A stretch of 64,000 bases of DNA from Myxococcota bacterium (GCA_965250285.1 OZ252299.1:3936001-4000000), one strand, 5' to 3'; positions 16,506 through 27,260 are shown, numbered from the stretch's first letter. The notes: generated by a model from the letters alone, not told the origin. Program-made: numbers and translations.

Positions 16506-17384
16506 TCAGGCCCCGCGGGCCTCCCCGGCCTTCGCGGCCTTCTCTGCAAAGGCTTCGAGGCGGTCGAGCCCGCCGTCGCCCGCGAAGAAGAAAGCCGGCA
16601 CGAGCGCGCGAGCGACCCCCACGTCTTCGAAGCGCTCGATCCCGGCTTCGGGCTCCATGATGTCGATGAAGAGCGCGTGCAGGGCCACCTCGGCGCGCGC
16701 GCGATCGGCCTGCTTGCACGCGTCGTCGAGGGCCCGGGCGCGATCGGCGAGCTGGGCGGGATCGGTCGTCCCGGGGAAGTAGCCATCGCCGCGGCGCACG
16801 GCACGGCGAATCGCGGCTTCGGTGTCGCCGCCGACGAGCACGGGGATCCGACCGGCCGCCGGCCGCGGGCTCGACGTCACGCGGTCGAACGAGACGAACT
16901 CGCCATCGAAGCTGGCCGCCGAATCAGCCCAGAGGGCCTGCATCGCGTCGAGGTACTCGTCGGTGCGCGCACCGCGTCGCGGCCAGTCGACGCCGAGCGC
17001 CTCGAACTCTTCCTTCATCCAGCCGACGCCGATGCCGAGCTCGACACGACCGCCGCTCATGCGGTCGAGCGTCGCGAGCTCCTTGGCCAGGATGAGCGGA
17101 TTGCGCTGGGGCACGATGAGAATGCAGGTACCGAGGCGCAGCGTCGGCGCGGCGGCGGCCACGTAGGCGAGCCAGATGAGCGGGTCGGGCACCGGCGTGT
17201 CGTGGTCGCCCGGCGCCGCGCCGTCGGCCGTGTACGGGTAAGGTGACTCGATCTCGACGGGCCGAATCACATGCTCGCCCCCCCACACCGAGTCGAAACC
17301 GAGCGCCTCGGCCCGGCGGCAGAGTTCCAGAGCATCGGGGCCTTCGATGGCGATGCTGCTTCCGAATGCGAGGCCGAACTTCAT
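16506..17384 (-). CDS. LLM-class (luciferase-like) putative F420-dependent oxidoreductase
   Basis: AEALGFDSVWGGEHV, DPLIWLAYVAA, LAKELATLDRMSGGRVELGIGVGW. Confidence 0.88.
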   Translation of the reverse strand: MKFGLAFGSSIAIEGPDALELCRRAEALGFDSVWGGEHVIRPVEIESPYPYTADGAAPGDHDTPVPDPLIWLAYVAAAAPTLRLGTCILIVPQRNPLILAKELATLDRMSGGRVELGIGVGWMKEEFEALGVDWPRRGARTDEYLDAMQALWADSAASFDGEFVSFDRVTSSPRPAAGRIPVLVGGDTEAAIRRAVRRGDGYFPGTTDPAQLADRARALDDACKQADRARAEVALHALFIDIMEPEAGIERFEDVGVARALVPAFFFAGDGGLDRLEAFAEKAAKAGEARGA

Positions 17385-17562
17385 GCGAGGGTCCTTCGGT
17401 CGTGGCGGGGGACGTCCAGCGAGACGTTCCCGCCCGGGGCGCGGGCGCGCAATGCGATCGAGAAGTGCGCGGATGTCCGATCGCTGCGCAGCGGCGCGTC
17501 ACGGACATGCAGCCCGATATCGAATCGCGTCGCCGAAGGGCGTCGCGCGCCGCCCTCGCGCG

Positions 17563-18348
17563 TCAGAGTACGCCGCCGTCGATGCGCAGCAGCGCGCCGG
17601 TCGTGTAGCTCGAGGCGTCGCTCGCGAAGTAGAGCGCGGCGCCCACCACTTCGTCGGGCTCGCCATTGCGCTGCAGTGCCGCGCGCCGCGCGGCGTAGGC
17701 CTTCATCTCGGGCGTCCACGCCTTCGAGATGTCGGTGAGGAACGCGCCCGGTACGATGCAGTTCACGCGCACGTTCGGACCGAACGTGTTGGCCATGCCG
17801 AGCGTCAGCGCATTCAACCCGGCCTTCGCCGCACCGTAGGGCACCTCGGCCGCGCTCGGGCTGAATGAGGCGATGCTGCTGACGTTGATGATCGAGCCGT
17901 TGCCCTGCTCGGCCATGTAGGTCCCGGCGAGCGCCATCAGTCGAAACGGCCCCTTGAGATTCACGCCCAGCACCTTGTCGTACAGCTCCTCGCTCACCTC
18001 GGCGATCGACGGATAGAGCGGCGACATGCCCGCGTTGTTGACGAGCACGTCGATGCGACCGAACCGGTCGAGGGTCGCGTTCACGAGCTTCTCGCAGTCG
18101 GCCCACTCGCCGGCGTGAAACGCGACCGCCAGGGCCTCGGTGTCGTAGCGCTCGGTGATCTCGGCAACAAGCGCCTCGCACTGGTCTGCCTTTCGACTCG
18201 CGACGACGACCCGGGCCCCCTGCTCGGCAAAGGCGAGGCACATCTCGCGCCCGAGACCCCGGCTGCCGCCGGTGACGATGGCCACCTTGCCCTCGAGACC
18301 GAAGATCGCTTTGGCGTCGTAGCGCTCTGCGGGATGCGCGTCGCTCAT
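17563..18348 (-). CDS. Short-chain dehydrogenase/reductase
   Basis: TGGSRGLG, NNAG, YGAAK. Confidence 0.9.
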   Translation of the reverse strand: MSDAHPAERYDAKAIFGLEGKVAIVTGGSRGLGREMCLAFAEQGARVVVASRKADQCEALVAEITERYDTEALAVAFHAGEWADCEKLVNATLDRFGRIDVLVNNAGMSPLYPSIAEVSEELYDKVLGVNLKGPFRLMALAGTYMAEQGNGSIINVSSIASFSPSAAEVPYGAAKAGLNALTLGMANTFGPNVRVNCIVPGAFLTDISKAWTPEMKAYAARRAALQRNGEPDEVVGAALYFASDASSYTTGALLRIDGGVL

Positions 18349-18391
18349 GGGGCTCCTCCATCCATCGCCGGCGTGCAGCGTCGCCGCCGCA

Positions 18392-19402
18392 TCAGTCGTC
18401 GCCGACTTCGATCATCACCTTACCGGCGATCGACGCATCGCGGGCGACCTCCAGTGCTTCGTCGAAGCGCTCGAGCGGAAAACGGTGCGTGATCATCGGC
18501 GAGAGATCGGCGCGAGCGAGCACATCGACGCCCCGGCCGAACTCGTCGGGATACTCCATCGCGCCGCTGATCTGCAGCTCGCGCATCAGCACGAGCAGAA
18601 AGTTCACCTCGACGGGCTGGCGGTGCAGCGCCACGATCGACAATCGCGCCCCACGTCGCGCGCCGCCGATCACCTGCTGGATCACCGCGGGCGCGCCCGA
18701 TGCCTCGACATACACGTCGGTCGCCGGCACCGGGCCGCCGAAGAAGAGCGTTTCGCCGTGCAAGCCACGCAGCTCGGCGAAGACGTCGACCGCGCTGGCG
18801 TCGAGCGTCGCTCGCGCGCCGAGCCTTTCGGCCAACGCCAGACGTTGGGGCGAGAGGTCGACCGCGACGATGTCTTCGCAGCCGAGGTCGCGCAGCGACG
18901 CGACGGCCGATAGCCCGATCGGACCGGCGCCGAAGACGACCGCCTTCTCGTGGGGCTCGAAGCGCAGCTTGTCGACCGCGTTCATGCCCACCCCGAGCGG
19001 CTCGGCGAGCGCGCCCACCTCGAAGGACATGCCGTCGGGGAGCCGGTGCAGGCGGCCGCTGTCGGCGTGGCGCACGCGCAGGCGCGGCGCGAAGCCGCCG
19101 TCGGGGTGGCCGTTGCCGATCACGCCGCCGTCGGGGTCACGCGGATCGAGCGCGACCCGGTCACCCACGGCGATCCGCTCGACGCCCGGGCCCACCGACT
19201 CGACGACCCCCGCCAGCTCGTGCCCGATCGCCATCGGCTCAGGGCCGGGCCCCGCCACGCCGCCCAGGGCGATGTAGCCGAGGTCGCTCCCGCAGATGCC
19301 GCAGGCGCGCACGCGCACGATCGCCTCACCGGGCCCCGCCACCGGCTCGGGGACGTCGTCGAGCCGCACGTCCCCCGGACCGTGGATACGCGCTTGAATC
19401 AT
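18392..19402 (-). CDS. Zinc-binding medium-chain alcohol dehydrogenase
   Basis: CGICGSD, GHELAG, GAGPIG. It lacks the structural-zinc four-Cys loop. Start at MIQARIHG. Confidence 0.88.
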   Translation of the reverse strand: MIQARIHGPGDVRLDDVPEPVAGPGEAIVRVRACGICGSDLGYIALGGVAGPGPEPMAIGHELAGVVESVGPGVERIAVGDRVALDPRDPDGGVIGNGHPDGGFAPRLRVRHADSGRLHRLPDGMSFEVGALAEPLGVGMNAVDKLRFEPHEKAVVFGAGPIGLSAVASLRDLGCEDIVAVDLSPQRLALAERLGARATLDASAVDVFAELRGLHGETLFFGGPVPATDVYVEASGAPAVIQQVIGGARRGARLSIVALHRQPVEVNFLLVLMRELQISGAMEYPDEFGRGVDVLARADLSPMITHRFPLERFDEALEVARDASIAGKVMIEVGDD

Positions 19403-19509
19403 CTCGCTCCTCCCTCGGCCGGCGTGCGGCGGCGCCCTCATGCCGCGCATGCGCCCGGTCGCGCTGCGTCGGGGCTCGCCCCCGGAACCGCGGCGAGCCC
19501 GCCGCGGCC

Positions 19510-20259
19510 CTACTTCGCCATGAAGCCGCCGTCGACGCAGAGCGTCTCACCGGTGATGAACCGCGCCTCTTCGCTCGCGAGAAAGAGATAGGCCGGCGCG
19601 ACCTCGTCGGGCTCGCCCCAGCGCGCCATCGGCACGCGTTCGAGCTCGGCCTTCTCGATCGCCTCCATGCCGTCGAGCTTCATCGCCGCGGTCATGCCCG
19701 TCTCGATCAGGCCCGGCGCGACCGCGTTCACCCGCACGTTGTCGAGCGCCCAGGCCGCGCCCATGTTGAGCGTCATCTGCACGAGCCCCGCCTTGGCCGC
19801 GCCGTACCCCGGCACGATGGGCACCGCACGATACGCCGACATGCTCGTCGTGTTGACGACGCTGCCGCCGCCGCGCAGACCACTGGCGGCGAGCTTGGGC
19901 TTGAGCCGCGTGGCCAGCGTGAAGGCACTGACCAGGTGCATCTGGAGCGCCTGCGCGAACGTCTCGGGCTTCCACTCGTCGAGGGCGATCAGGTTGCCGC
20001 CGGCGTTGTTCACGAGGACATCGAGCGCATCGATGCCGTCGGCCAGCGCCTCGAGCTGAGACGAGTCGGTCATCTCGGCGGCGCGATACGTGAACCGCGA
20101 CAGGTCGACGTCGTACTCGGCCGCCGCCGCACGCCGGCCCGTCACGGTCACGTCGGCGCCGGCATCGGCGAACGCGGTCGCCACGCCGAGGCCGATCCCC
20201 GAGCTGCCACCGGTCACGAGCACTTTGCGCCCTGTGAAGTCGAACCGGGTCGTCGCCAT
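19510..20259 (-). CDS. Short-chain dehydrogenase/reductase
   Basis: TGGSSGIG, NNAG, YGAAK. Confidence 0.9.
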   Translation of the reverse strand: MATTRFDFTGRKVLVTGGSSGIGLGVATAFADAGADVTVTGRRAAAAEYDVDLSRFTYRAAEMTDSSQLEALADGIDALDVLVNNAGGNLIALDEWKPETFAQALQMHLVSAFTLATRLKPKLAASGLRGGGSVVNTTSMSAYRAVPIVPGYGAAKAGLVQMTLNMGAAWALDNVRVNAVAPGLIETGMTAAMKLDGMEAIEKAELERVPMARWGEPDEVAPAYLFLASEEARFITGETLCVDGGFMAK

Positions 20260-20328
20260 CCGTCTGCTCTCCGTTTCTCGGTACGGCTCTTCGAGGGATC
20301 TACCGCTCGAGAGTGATCGGCCGCCGGT

Positions 20329-21579
20329 TCAGTCGACCTCGATGCGCACGGGGAATCGCTCGAGATAGAAGTCGAAGCCCTCGCGCACCTTCGCCGGCTC
20401 GGCACCGAAGTCGGCGCGGAGGTCGTAGACCACTCGTCCGTGCTTGCCGCGACCGTGATCGTCGAGGTGCGCCCGGATCTCGGCGCGCGCCGCGTCGTTC
20501 ATCTCGAGGCCGGCCACGTCGTAGATGCGCTCGACCATCGCGAAGTCGTCGGCCATGAACTCGTGGAAGAGGACGTCGATCGTTCGATCCTCGGGCAGCA
20601 GATGCCGGTCTCGCACCGAGGCCTCGAGCAGCTGACGCATGCGCCGGGTCCAGTAGTCGAGATACCACTCGGGATCACTCGTCCTGTAGCTCATGCGCGA
20701 GGCGTAGCAGGTCATCGTCGCCGCCGATTGAATCACGGCGACCGGGTCGCGATGGGTGACGGCGAACGTCGCGTCGAGAAACGTCTCGACCAGCGGGCCG
20801 AGCTGCTCGAGATGCTGCGGGCACTTGAGCACCCAGCGATCCCGCGGCATGGACCACTGCAGGATCTTCAGCCCCGTCTTCATGTACTCGTAGTGGGGCC
20901 GCTGATCGTGGGCGAGGTAGTAGTCGACCCACTTCGGCACGCGGCCCACCCACTCCTGGTTGTAGCTCGAGAAGTCGGGCAGCATGAGCTCGAGCTCTTC
21001 GTGCACGTGGTCGGGGTTCATGGGATGCATCGCCGAGATGAGCGGCGACATCGCCTGCATCTGCTCCCACGCCTGCTGACAGCGCGCAAAGCGCGGGTCG
21101 TGCTCATCGCGGGTGGGGTTCTCCTCGGCGACCGGCGCCTGCCCCTCCCAGAGCGGCATCGAGCGAAGCCGCCCATCGGCGGCGATCAGGTTGACCAGAT
21201 GCGTCGTCCCCGAGCGCGGGAGCCCGACGACGATGATCGGCGCCGGGATCTCGACGTCGTGAATCTCGGGGTGCGCCTTCAGCAGCGCATGAATGCGCAG
21301 GCGATTCGACGCGTACCGGACGCAGTCGTTGAAGACCATCAGGCGGCCAAGCTGAGTCCGGTCGGGGTCTTCGTCGGGCTCCGAAAGCCAGAGACCGAGT
21401 CGCTCTTCGAAGTCGTCGGGACCGAAGTCGTCGAGCCCGGTCGCCTGCGCGGCTGCGTCGAGCACCGCACCGACGCTCAGATCGAGCTCGAGGGTCTCGC
21501 CATAGGCCAGCGCGGCCTTCTGGGCGTCGCTGAGCTCGGGATTCGCGAGGTCGGTGATGCGGATGACGTCACCCGCCAT
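20329..21579 (-). CDS. PAPS-dependent sulfotransferase (mycobacterial Stf-like, Sulfotransfer_3)
   Basis: 5'-PSB motif GLPRSGTT, WVLKCPQH, 3'-PB motif HRDP..VIQS. Confidence 0.88.
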   Translation of the reverse strand: MAGDVIRITDLANPELSDAQKAALAYGETLELDLSVGAVLDAAAQATGLDDFGPDDFEERLGLWLSEPDEDPDRTQLGRLMVFNDCVRYASNRLRIHALLKAHPEIHDVEIPAPIIVVGLPRSGTTHLVNLIAADGRLRSMPLWEGQAPVAEENPTRDEHDPRFARCQQAWEQMQAMSPLISAMHPMNPDHVHEELELMLPDFSSYNQEWVGRVPKWVDYYLAHDQRPHYEYMKTGLKILQWSMPRDRWVLKCPQHLEQLGPLVETFLDATFAVTHRDPVAVIQSAATMTCYASRMSYRTSDPEWYLDYWTRRMRQLLEASVRDRHLLPEDRTIDVLFHEFMADDFAMVERIYDVAGLEMNDAARAEIRAHLDDHGRGKHGRVVYDLRADFGAEPAKVREGFDFYLERFPVRIEVD

Positions 21580-21760
21580 GGGCGTCCCTCCCTGATCGCG
21601 CACAGGACCGGGACCACGCCCGGCACGGCACGATAGTCCATCCCCGGCGCGTGCATTCGACGCCGGTGGGCTCGGGGTCGGGCGGATGCTTCCTCACCTG
21701 TTCAGCGAGGGCGCTGCTGGATCGGGGCGTGGCGTCGACGCAGCACCGCCCGGCCGGCGC

Positions 21761-22699
21761 CTAGGCCGCGACGCCCGCGCGGCGGTCGAGCTCGGGCACG
21801 GCGCGCCGCACGACATCGAGGTAGCCGTGGGCGATCGAGTCTTCGTAGCCACGGAAGAACCCGCGCTCGACGAGCAGCCGATGGAAGCGCGGCAGGTTGT
21901 AGGTCGGCACGCCCGCCACGAAGTGGTGCTCGAGGTGATAGTTCACGTGATTGGGGCACAGCACGAGCCGCTCGAGCGGGTGGGCGATGGTCGTGCGCGT
22001 GTGCAGCCGCGGGTCGGGATCGTAGAGGTTCGTGACGTGACCGTGCTCGGCCACCTGGCGGATGCGCGCGAAGAGCGGGTAGGTCGTGACGTACGCGGCG
22101 ACCCACAGCAGAAAGAGCCACGGGTGACCGAACGCCGCGAGAACGCCAAAGAGGAAGGCGTTCGCGATCAGACCGTGCAGCCGCGACGCCGGCTTCTCAC
22201 CCTTGCGCATCATCAGGTCGGCGCTCTGACCGCTGAGCGTCCCGATCAGGTTGCGCATCCCGGTTCGCCCTGTGAGGTCCCGCTTCAGCTTGCGCAGAAA
22301 GCTCGCCTTCGAGATCGGGTACGCCTCGTAGTTCGGTAGATCGGGATCCTGCCCGGAGCCCGCGTGTCGATGGTGTTCCCGGTGCGACGCGGCGTACGCA
22401 TCGGCGTCGGCGAGGATCGGATGCGCAAAGAGCCACTGGCCCAGCCAGCCGTTCAGCGCGCGCGTCTCGAAGAGCGTCTGGTGACCCGCCTCGTGCATGA
22501 GGATCGCGAGCCCGAGCTGACGCCCCCCGAGCACGATGATGGCCCCGACGATCGTGAGCGGATTCGTCCAGGTCGCCACGACCCAGAACGTGAGGGCGAT
22601 GAGACCCCAGTTGAACGCGACGACGCCCGCCGCCTTCGCGTCACTGCGCGCGGTGAGCGAGCGAATCTCGTCCTTCGTGAGCCAATCGGTGACCTTCAT
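21761..22699 (-). CDS. Membrane fatty acid desaturase
   Basis: His boxes HEAGH, HREHH and HLEHH, plus RQVAEH. Start at MKVTDWL (22699). Confidence 0.88.
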   Translation of the reverse strand: MKVTDWLTKDEIRSLTARSDAKAAGVVAFNWGLIALTFWVVATWTNPLTIVGAIIVLGGRQLGLAILMHEAGHQTLFETRALNGWLGQWLFAHPILADADAYAASHREHHRHAGSGQDPDLPNYEAYPISKASFLRKLKRDLTGRTGMRNLIGTLSGQSADLMMRKGEKPASRLHGLIANAFLFGVLAAFGHPWLFLLWVAAYVTTYPLFARIRQVAEHGHVTNLYDPDPRLHTRTTIAHPLERLVLCPNHVNYHLEHHFVAGVPTYNLPRFHRLLVERGFFRGYEDSIAHGYLDVVRRAVPELDRRAGVAA

Positions 22700-25199
22700 C
22701 GGCCGGCCTCCCTGCAGCGTCGCTCCGCGCCGCCGCCCCGTGACCAGAGGGTACCGAACCGGCCGCCGGCGCCGGGGCGGCCGGATACACGAGCACGTGG
22801 TCGAGCCCAAGCGCGGTCGTGCCCGCAGCAACAGTGAAGCGAAGCCGAAGCTCGCTCGGCGCTTCGAGCGCGCCCCAGCGAAGCGGCAGCCGCACCCCTG
22901 CGGGCTCGCGGGGCCGCTCGGCCCAGGGCGTCCTGTCGATGATCGACAGCCAGGGACCGCCTGAGGCCGTGCGCGCCTCGACTGCCACCGACTCGACCTG
23001 GCCGGCCGCCGCATCGAGGCCGAGCACGATCAGGTCGTGTGAGGCCGGGTCGAGAGGCAGATCGGCAGGCGAGCTCACGGTCAGCCGGTTCGACCCCGTC
23101 TCGGGTACGAGTTGCCACACGCCCCGCGTCGGCGTCGCGTGCCCCCCGCCATCGATGCGCCAGCCGTCGTCGGCGGCGTGCCGAAAGTCTCCGAACGTGT
23201 AGAGGATCGCACCGCGCGGCAGGTTCGCGCGCTCGTCGAGGAAGAACCGGATCGCGTCTTCGAGCGGGGTGCGACGCAGCGCCATGAACGACACGAAACC
23301 CGGGTGATCGGGGTGATCCCCGTTGATGCCGTTCCACGCCATGGGCGAGACGAAGCCCGCACCGTAGTTGAAGACGTCGCGCAGGGCGCCGTAGTCGACG
23401 CCGTAGCCCGGTACGATGTCGGGCGCGTGCAGGTCGGCCGTGTGGAACTCGACGATGGCCCAGCCCGGATCGAACGCGCGCAGGGTCGCGAACAGACTGC
23501 GACCGTTCGACATCTCGACGCGGTTGGTCGCGCTATCTCCATACAGGATCGCGCCGATGTGGCCGTCGCGGGGCAGCGCGCCTTCGAGGGTCATGCCGCC
23601 CGCGTCGTAGTTGACGATGCGGTCGTCGAGCGTGATCGGGAACGGTTCGATGAGCCCGCTGCGGGGCGAGAAGCCCTGCGACGAGTAGATGCGATCCCGT
23701 GCAATCCCGGCTTCGTGCGTCCACGTCGAGAGCTCGTCGTAGTGGAGGTCGACGAGATGGCGCCGAAAGCGCTCCCACACCTGGAAGTGCGGCACCTTCC
23801 AGAACTCGACGAGACGCGCATCGGCGAGCCGCGGGCCGTCGACCTCGTCCCATGATGCAAACCCGGTCTCGGCGCGAGCGTTGAACGCTTCGAGGCTCAG
23901 GGCAACGTCGCGGCGATACGCCGACAGATCGGGCTCGCCTTCACCCAGATACGGGCCGTCGCCGCGCAGCCAGTGCCTGAACTGTCGAAGGGTGTCAGGG
24001 TTGTAGTCATACCACTGCCTTCCTTCGAAGAACGGATTCACGTAGACGTCGGGGTCGAGGTTCACCCCGACGAAGAGCTCGGGATGCGCCGCCGCGAACC
24101 CGGCGACCCACGACGCGGCAGCCTGGAGATTGCGCTTCTTGTAGCGCCGCACGTCGGTCGCGAAGACGTTGAGCGTGAGCGAGCGGGCCAGCTCGACGCC
24201 CCCGATGGCCGAGGGCAGCCCCGGGTCGTCGTCGGCGAGCACCTGGTCGAGCTGGTTCCACTGGCAGTGGGCGGGCTCTTCTTCGAGATGGTCGGTGAGA
24301 TCCCACTCGGGCGCGGTGCCGCGGGCATCGCCCCAGACGCCGCCGTTCAGCGTAAACAGAACGGGCACTTCGTGGCCGGTCGCCCAGGCGGCCGTCTCGA
24401 CCAGCGAATCCTCGGCGACGGGCACCGCGCCGCGCATCCGCGTCGTGTCGAAGTCGGGGTCGAAGACCCAGTCGGCGGCGCGCCCCTGCGTCGTGCGCAT
24501 GTAGAGCACGGGGATGCGCATGCCGACACGCAGGGTCTCGCTCTCGTGCGCGGCAAACTCGGCCTTGATGCCCTCGGCCCCCCCGGTCGGCAGCGAGCTC
24601 GTCGCAAAGAGCACGTAGAAGCGCTCGCTTGCGAGCCCCGGCCGCTCTTCGAGGAGCCGGCGCCAGCGGTTGCGCTGCGGCCCGATGGCGAGCGGCTGCC
24701 CCAGCCGCGTCTCGTTGCCGGCGAGGTCGGTCACCACGACGTCGACGTGACTCGATCGCAGGGCGAGCAGGTCGGCGTCGACCCGCGCATCGAAGCCGGC
24801 GTGCATGCTGCCCGGCACGCCCGGATGCACGCGCGCAACGTCGGCCCGTTCGATCCCCGTTTCGAGGGGCCAGCGCGTGCCGTCACCGGCGACGAGGTCG
24901 ACACGGGCGACGCCATCGGGGTCGAGCGCCCAGCCCGAGATGCGATCGCCGACCGCGTCGAGCGAACGCGGCGCCGGGGTGTCGAGATAGCCGAAGCTCG
25001 CGCGTTCCGCCGGAGCAACGCTCGCTTCAACCTCGACAGGTGACGCGTCTTCAGAAGACGGGGGCGGGGGCGCGAGCGGAGTGACGGGCTCGGTGACGTC
25101 CGTACAGCCGACCGCCGTCGCGAGCAGCGCGACGCCGATGCGCACGAGCGTCCGTCCCGTGGCGGCCCTGCACCCGCGCCCTGCCCGCTCGTCGCTCAA
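22641..25199 (-). CDS. Putative lipoprotein with Ig-like domain and glycoside-hydrolase-like (clan GH-A / GH42-like) barrel
   Basis: Lipobox-like LLATAVG-C; Ig-like GYLDTP..ISGWALDPDGV..R.DVA..GF; DYNPDTLRQFRHWLR, WERFRR, WAIVEF. Start uncertain (25145, 25199 or 25250). Confidence 0.55.
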   Translation of the reverse strand: MSDERAGRGCRAATGRTLVRIGVALLATAVGCTDVTEPVTPLAPPPPSSEDASPVEVEASVAPAERASFGYLDTPAPRSLDAVGDRISGWALDPDGVARVDLVAGDGTRWPLETGIERADVARVHPGVPGSMHAGFDARVDADLLALRSSHVDVVVTDLAGNETRLGQPLAIGPQRNRWRRLLEERPGLASERFYVLFATSSLPTGGAEGIKAEFAAHESETLRVGMRIPVLYMRTTQGRAADWVFDPDFDTTRMRGAVPVAEDSLVETAAWATGHEVPVLFTLNGGVWGDARGTAPEWDLTDHLEEEPAHCQWNQLDQVLADDDPGLPSAIGGVELARSLTLNVFATDVRRYKKRNLQAAASWVAGFAAAHPELFVGVNLDPDVYVNPFFEGRQWYDYNPDTLRQFRHWLRGDGPYLGEGEPDLSAYRRDVALSLEAFNARAETGFASWDEVDGPRLADARLVEFWKVPHFQVWERFRRHLVDLHYDELSTWTHEAGIARDRIYSSQGFSPRSGLIEPFPITLDDRIVNYDAGGMTLEGALPRDGHIGAILYGDSATNRVEMSNGRSLFATLRAFDPGWAIVEFHTADLHAPDIVPGYGVDYGALRDVFNYGAGFVSPMAWNGINGDHPDHPGFVSFMALRRTPLEDAIRFFLDERANLPRGAILYTFGDFRHAADDGWRIDGGGHATPTRGVWQLVPETGSNRLTVSSPADLPLDPASHDLIVLGLDAAAGQVESVAVEARTASGGPWLSIIDRTPWAERPREPAGVRLPLRWGALEAPSELRLRFTVAAGTTALGLDHVLVYPAAPAPAAGSVPSGHGAAARSDAAGRPADEGHRLAHEGRDSLAHRAQ

Positions 25200-25304
25200 G
25201 CGACCGATCCCCCTCGAGCCGCGGCCGCGTCGGGCGCGCTCGGCGCACACAGGGTACGCCAGCCACGCCGCTCGGCGTGCGGGGCGTTCGGTGCGGCCGA
25301 GCGC

Positions 25305-26093
25305 TCAGTCGGCGCTGCTTCGCTCGCGCTCGATCTCTTCGAGCATGACTTCGACGGCGGCGTGAGAGCCCACGCGAAGCTTCTCGATGCGCTGCTTCTC
25401 GTCGAGCGCCGGGTCGGGCGACAGCGGCGGCGCGATGCGAACGTCGACGCGACGCTCACCGCTCTCGTCCATGTCGACCGCGTGTCGCGACAGCAACGAG
25501 AACGTGCCGTCGATCGCGATCGGCAGCACGGGTCGGTCGGCGGCGACGGCCGCGCGAAATGCACCGCTCTTGAAGGGCTTCAGCTGGCCGTCGGCCGAGC
25601 GCGTGCCTTCGGGAAATACGAGCAGGCGCTGACCGCGCCCGAGCACCGACTCGAAGGCTTCGATGACGGCCATCGCCGCGTCGCGCCCCGCCTGACGGTC
25701 GACCGGCACGTGGCCCGCGAGTCGCAGATGCCAGCCGATCACCGGCACGTGCATCAGAGAACGCTTTGCGGCCCACTTGAAGTCGTCGGGCAACACGGCA
25801 CCGAGCACGAGGATGTCGATCAGGCTCTGATGGTTCGAGGCATAGATCACCGAGCCGTCAGGAATGTGCTCGAGGCCGCTCGCATGGATCTCGATGCCGA
25901 GACCGCGGCACGAAGCGGCGCTCCAACGCTGCGCGGCCCACGTCGAAGCCCGTCCGCCCGTGAACGGACCGATCAAGAGCGAAACGACGCCGTAGCCGAG
26001 GGTGCGCAGGCCGAAGGGCACCCACTGTCGAACCCATCGCACCTTGTCGTTGGTGGCGAAGACGCCCCACTCTTCACGAATCCAGCGCAGCAT
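25305..26093 (-). CDS. 1-acyl-sn-glycerol-3-phosphate acyltransferase (PlsC family)
   Basis: NHQSLID (HX4D) and FPEGTRS motifs. Confidence 0.9.
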   Translation of the reverse strand: MLRWIREEWGVFATNDKVRWVRQWVPFGLRTLGYGVVSLLIGPFTGGRASTWAAQRWSAASCRGLGIEIHASGLEHIPDGSVIYASNHQSLIDILVLGAVLPDDFKWAAKRSLMHVPVIGWHLRLAGHVPVDRQAGRDAAMAVIEAFESVLGRGQRLLVFPEGTRSADGQLKPFKSGAFRAAVAADRPVLPIAIDGTFSLLSRHAVDMDESGERRVDVRIAPPLSPDPALDEKQRIEKLRVGSHAAVEVMLEEIERERSSAD

Positions 26094-26111
26094 CGGGCCC
26101 CCCGCGATGAA

Positions 26112-27260
26112 TCAGACGAGCGCGTTCAGGTCGACGTGATCGAGCCGCGCCTTGAGGCGCAGGCGCCACCGGTGCATCAGCTCCTGCCCGCGTCCCTCGT
26201 CGATCGCGACGTCGCTCGTCGGCGCCAGCGCGGCGAGGCTCGCGAGCAGCCCGCGCTGGTAGTCGCGCTGGAATCGATCGAAGGCGTAGTCGTCGACGCC
26301 GAGCGCATCGTGGTAGATCCGCAAGAGCCGCTGCTCGGCCTCGGCGCTCACCTCGGGCTCGAGCGCGCCACCGAGGAAGTAGGCGACGTCGTACGCAGCA
26401 GGACCAGATCGCACGAGCTGCCAGTCGAGGAACGCGATGTCGTCGCCGTCGAAGCAGACATTGTCGAGCCGCAGGTCGCAGTGGATCAGCGTCCGCGGCG
26501 CCTCACTCGCGAGCCGCCGCACGAGCTCGCCGCCCAGCGAGCGCAGCTTCTCGACGTAGGGTTCGAGACCGGGCGGCGCGACCTCGCGCAGGGCCTTCGC
26601 GCTCTTGCGAAACACCCCCGCGCGGATGCGCGCGTCGAGCGCCAGGGGCACGAGCCAGAAGCTCTCGTCGAGCGAGTCGCAGCCCCAGAACCGACGGTGG
26701 ATCGCCGCGAATGCTTCGAGCACGCGCCGGCATCGTTCGACCGAGGCACCTGCGAGCTGATCGCCGACCTCGAAGCTCTTCAGGTCTTCCATGATCAGGA
26801 CATGACGTCGGTTCTTGTTGCCCGAGATCCGCTTGCCGAGCCACGCGACGAAGCCGTGGGTAAAGCCGGGCAGCGCATCGACCTTCTCGAGGATCTCCTT
26901 CGGATCGGGCGAGTCGTCGTCGGGATCGCAGTCGCTGTAATAGATGCGCGGGATGCGCGCGGGCACGTTCGCGCCGAAGTCGTCGAAGAAGCGGGCCTCG
27001 CGCTCGTACACGCCGAGCAGCTCGCCGATCGGCCGATTCGCCAGCTTCGGGATCTTGGCGACGACCGACGGGGGCAGCCCCTCGGCGTCGGTATCGAGGT
27101 GAAGACGGACGATGTCGCCGAGAAAGCCCTGGCCCTCGCCGAGGATCTGGCGCTCGACGCCTTGAATCGGTACGCCGAGCGCGCCCGACAGCCACTCGGC
27201 CGTGATCTGCTCGGGATGCTCGGGGATCTCGGGGCGGGTCTCAGCCTGCGTTGAGCTCAT
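26112..27260 (-). CDS. Aminoglycoside-phosphotransferase/ecdysteroid-kinase-like small-molecule kinase
   Basis: VVAKIP, YEREARF, LIMEDL, HCDLRLDN, LDWQ. Confidence 0.82.
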   Translation of the reverse strand: MSSTQAETRPEIPEHPEQITAEWLSGALGVPIQGVERQILGEGQGFLGDIVRLHLDTDAEGLPPSVVAKIPKLANRPIGELLGVYEREARFFDDFGANVPARIPRIYYSDCDPDDDSPDPKEILEKVDALPGFTHGFVAWLGKRISGNKNRRHVLIMEDLKSFEVGDQLAGASVERCRRVLEAFAAIHRRFWGCDSLDESFWLVPLALDARIRAGVFRKSAKALREVAPPGLEPYVEKLRSLGGELVRRLASEAPRTLIHCDLRLDNVCFDGDDIAFLDWQLVRSGPAAYDVAYFLGGALEPEVSAEAEQRLLRIYHDALGVDDYAFDRFQRDYQRGLLASLAALAPTSDVAIDEGRGQELMHRWRLRLKARLDHVDLNALV

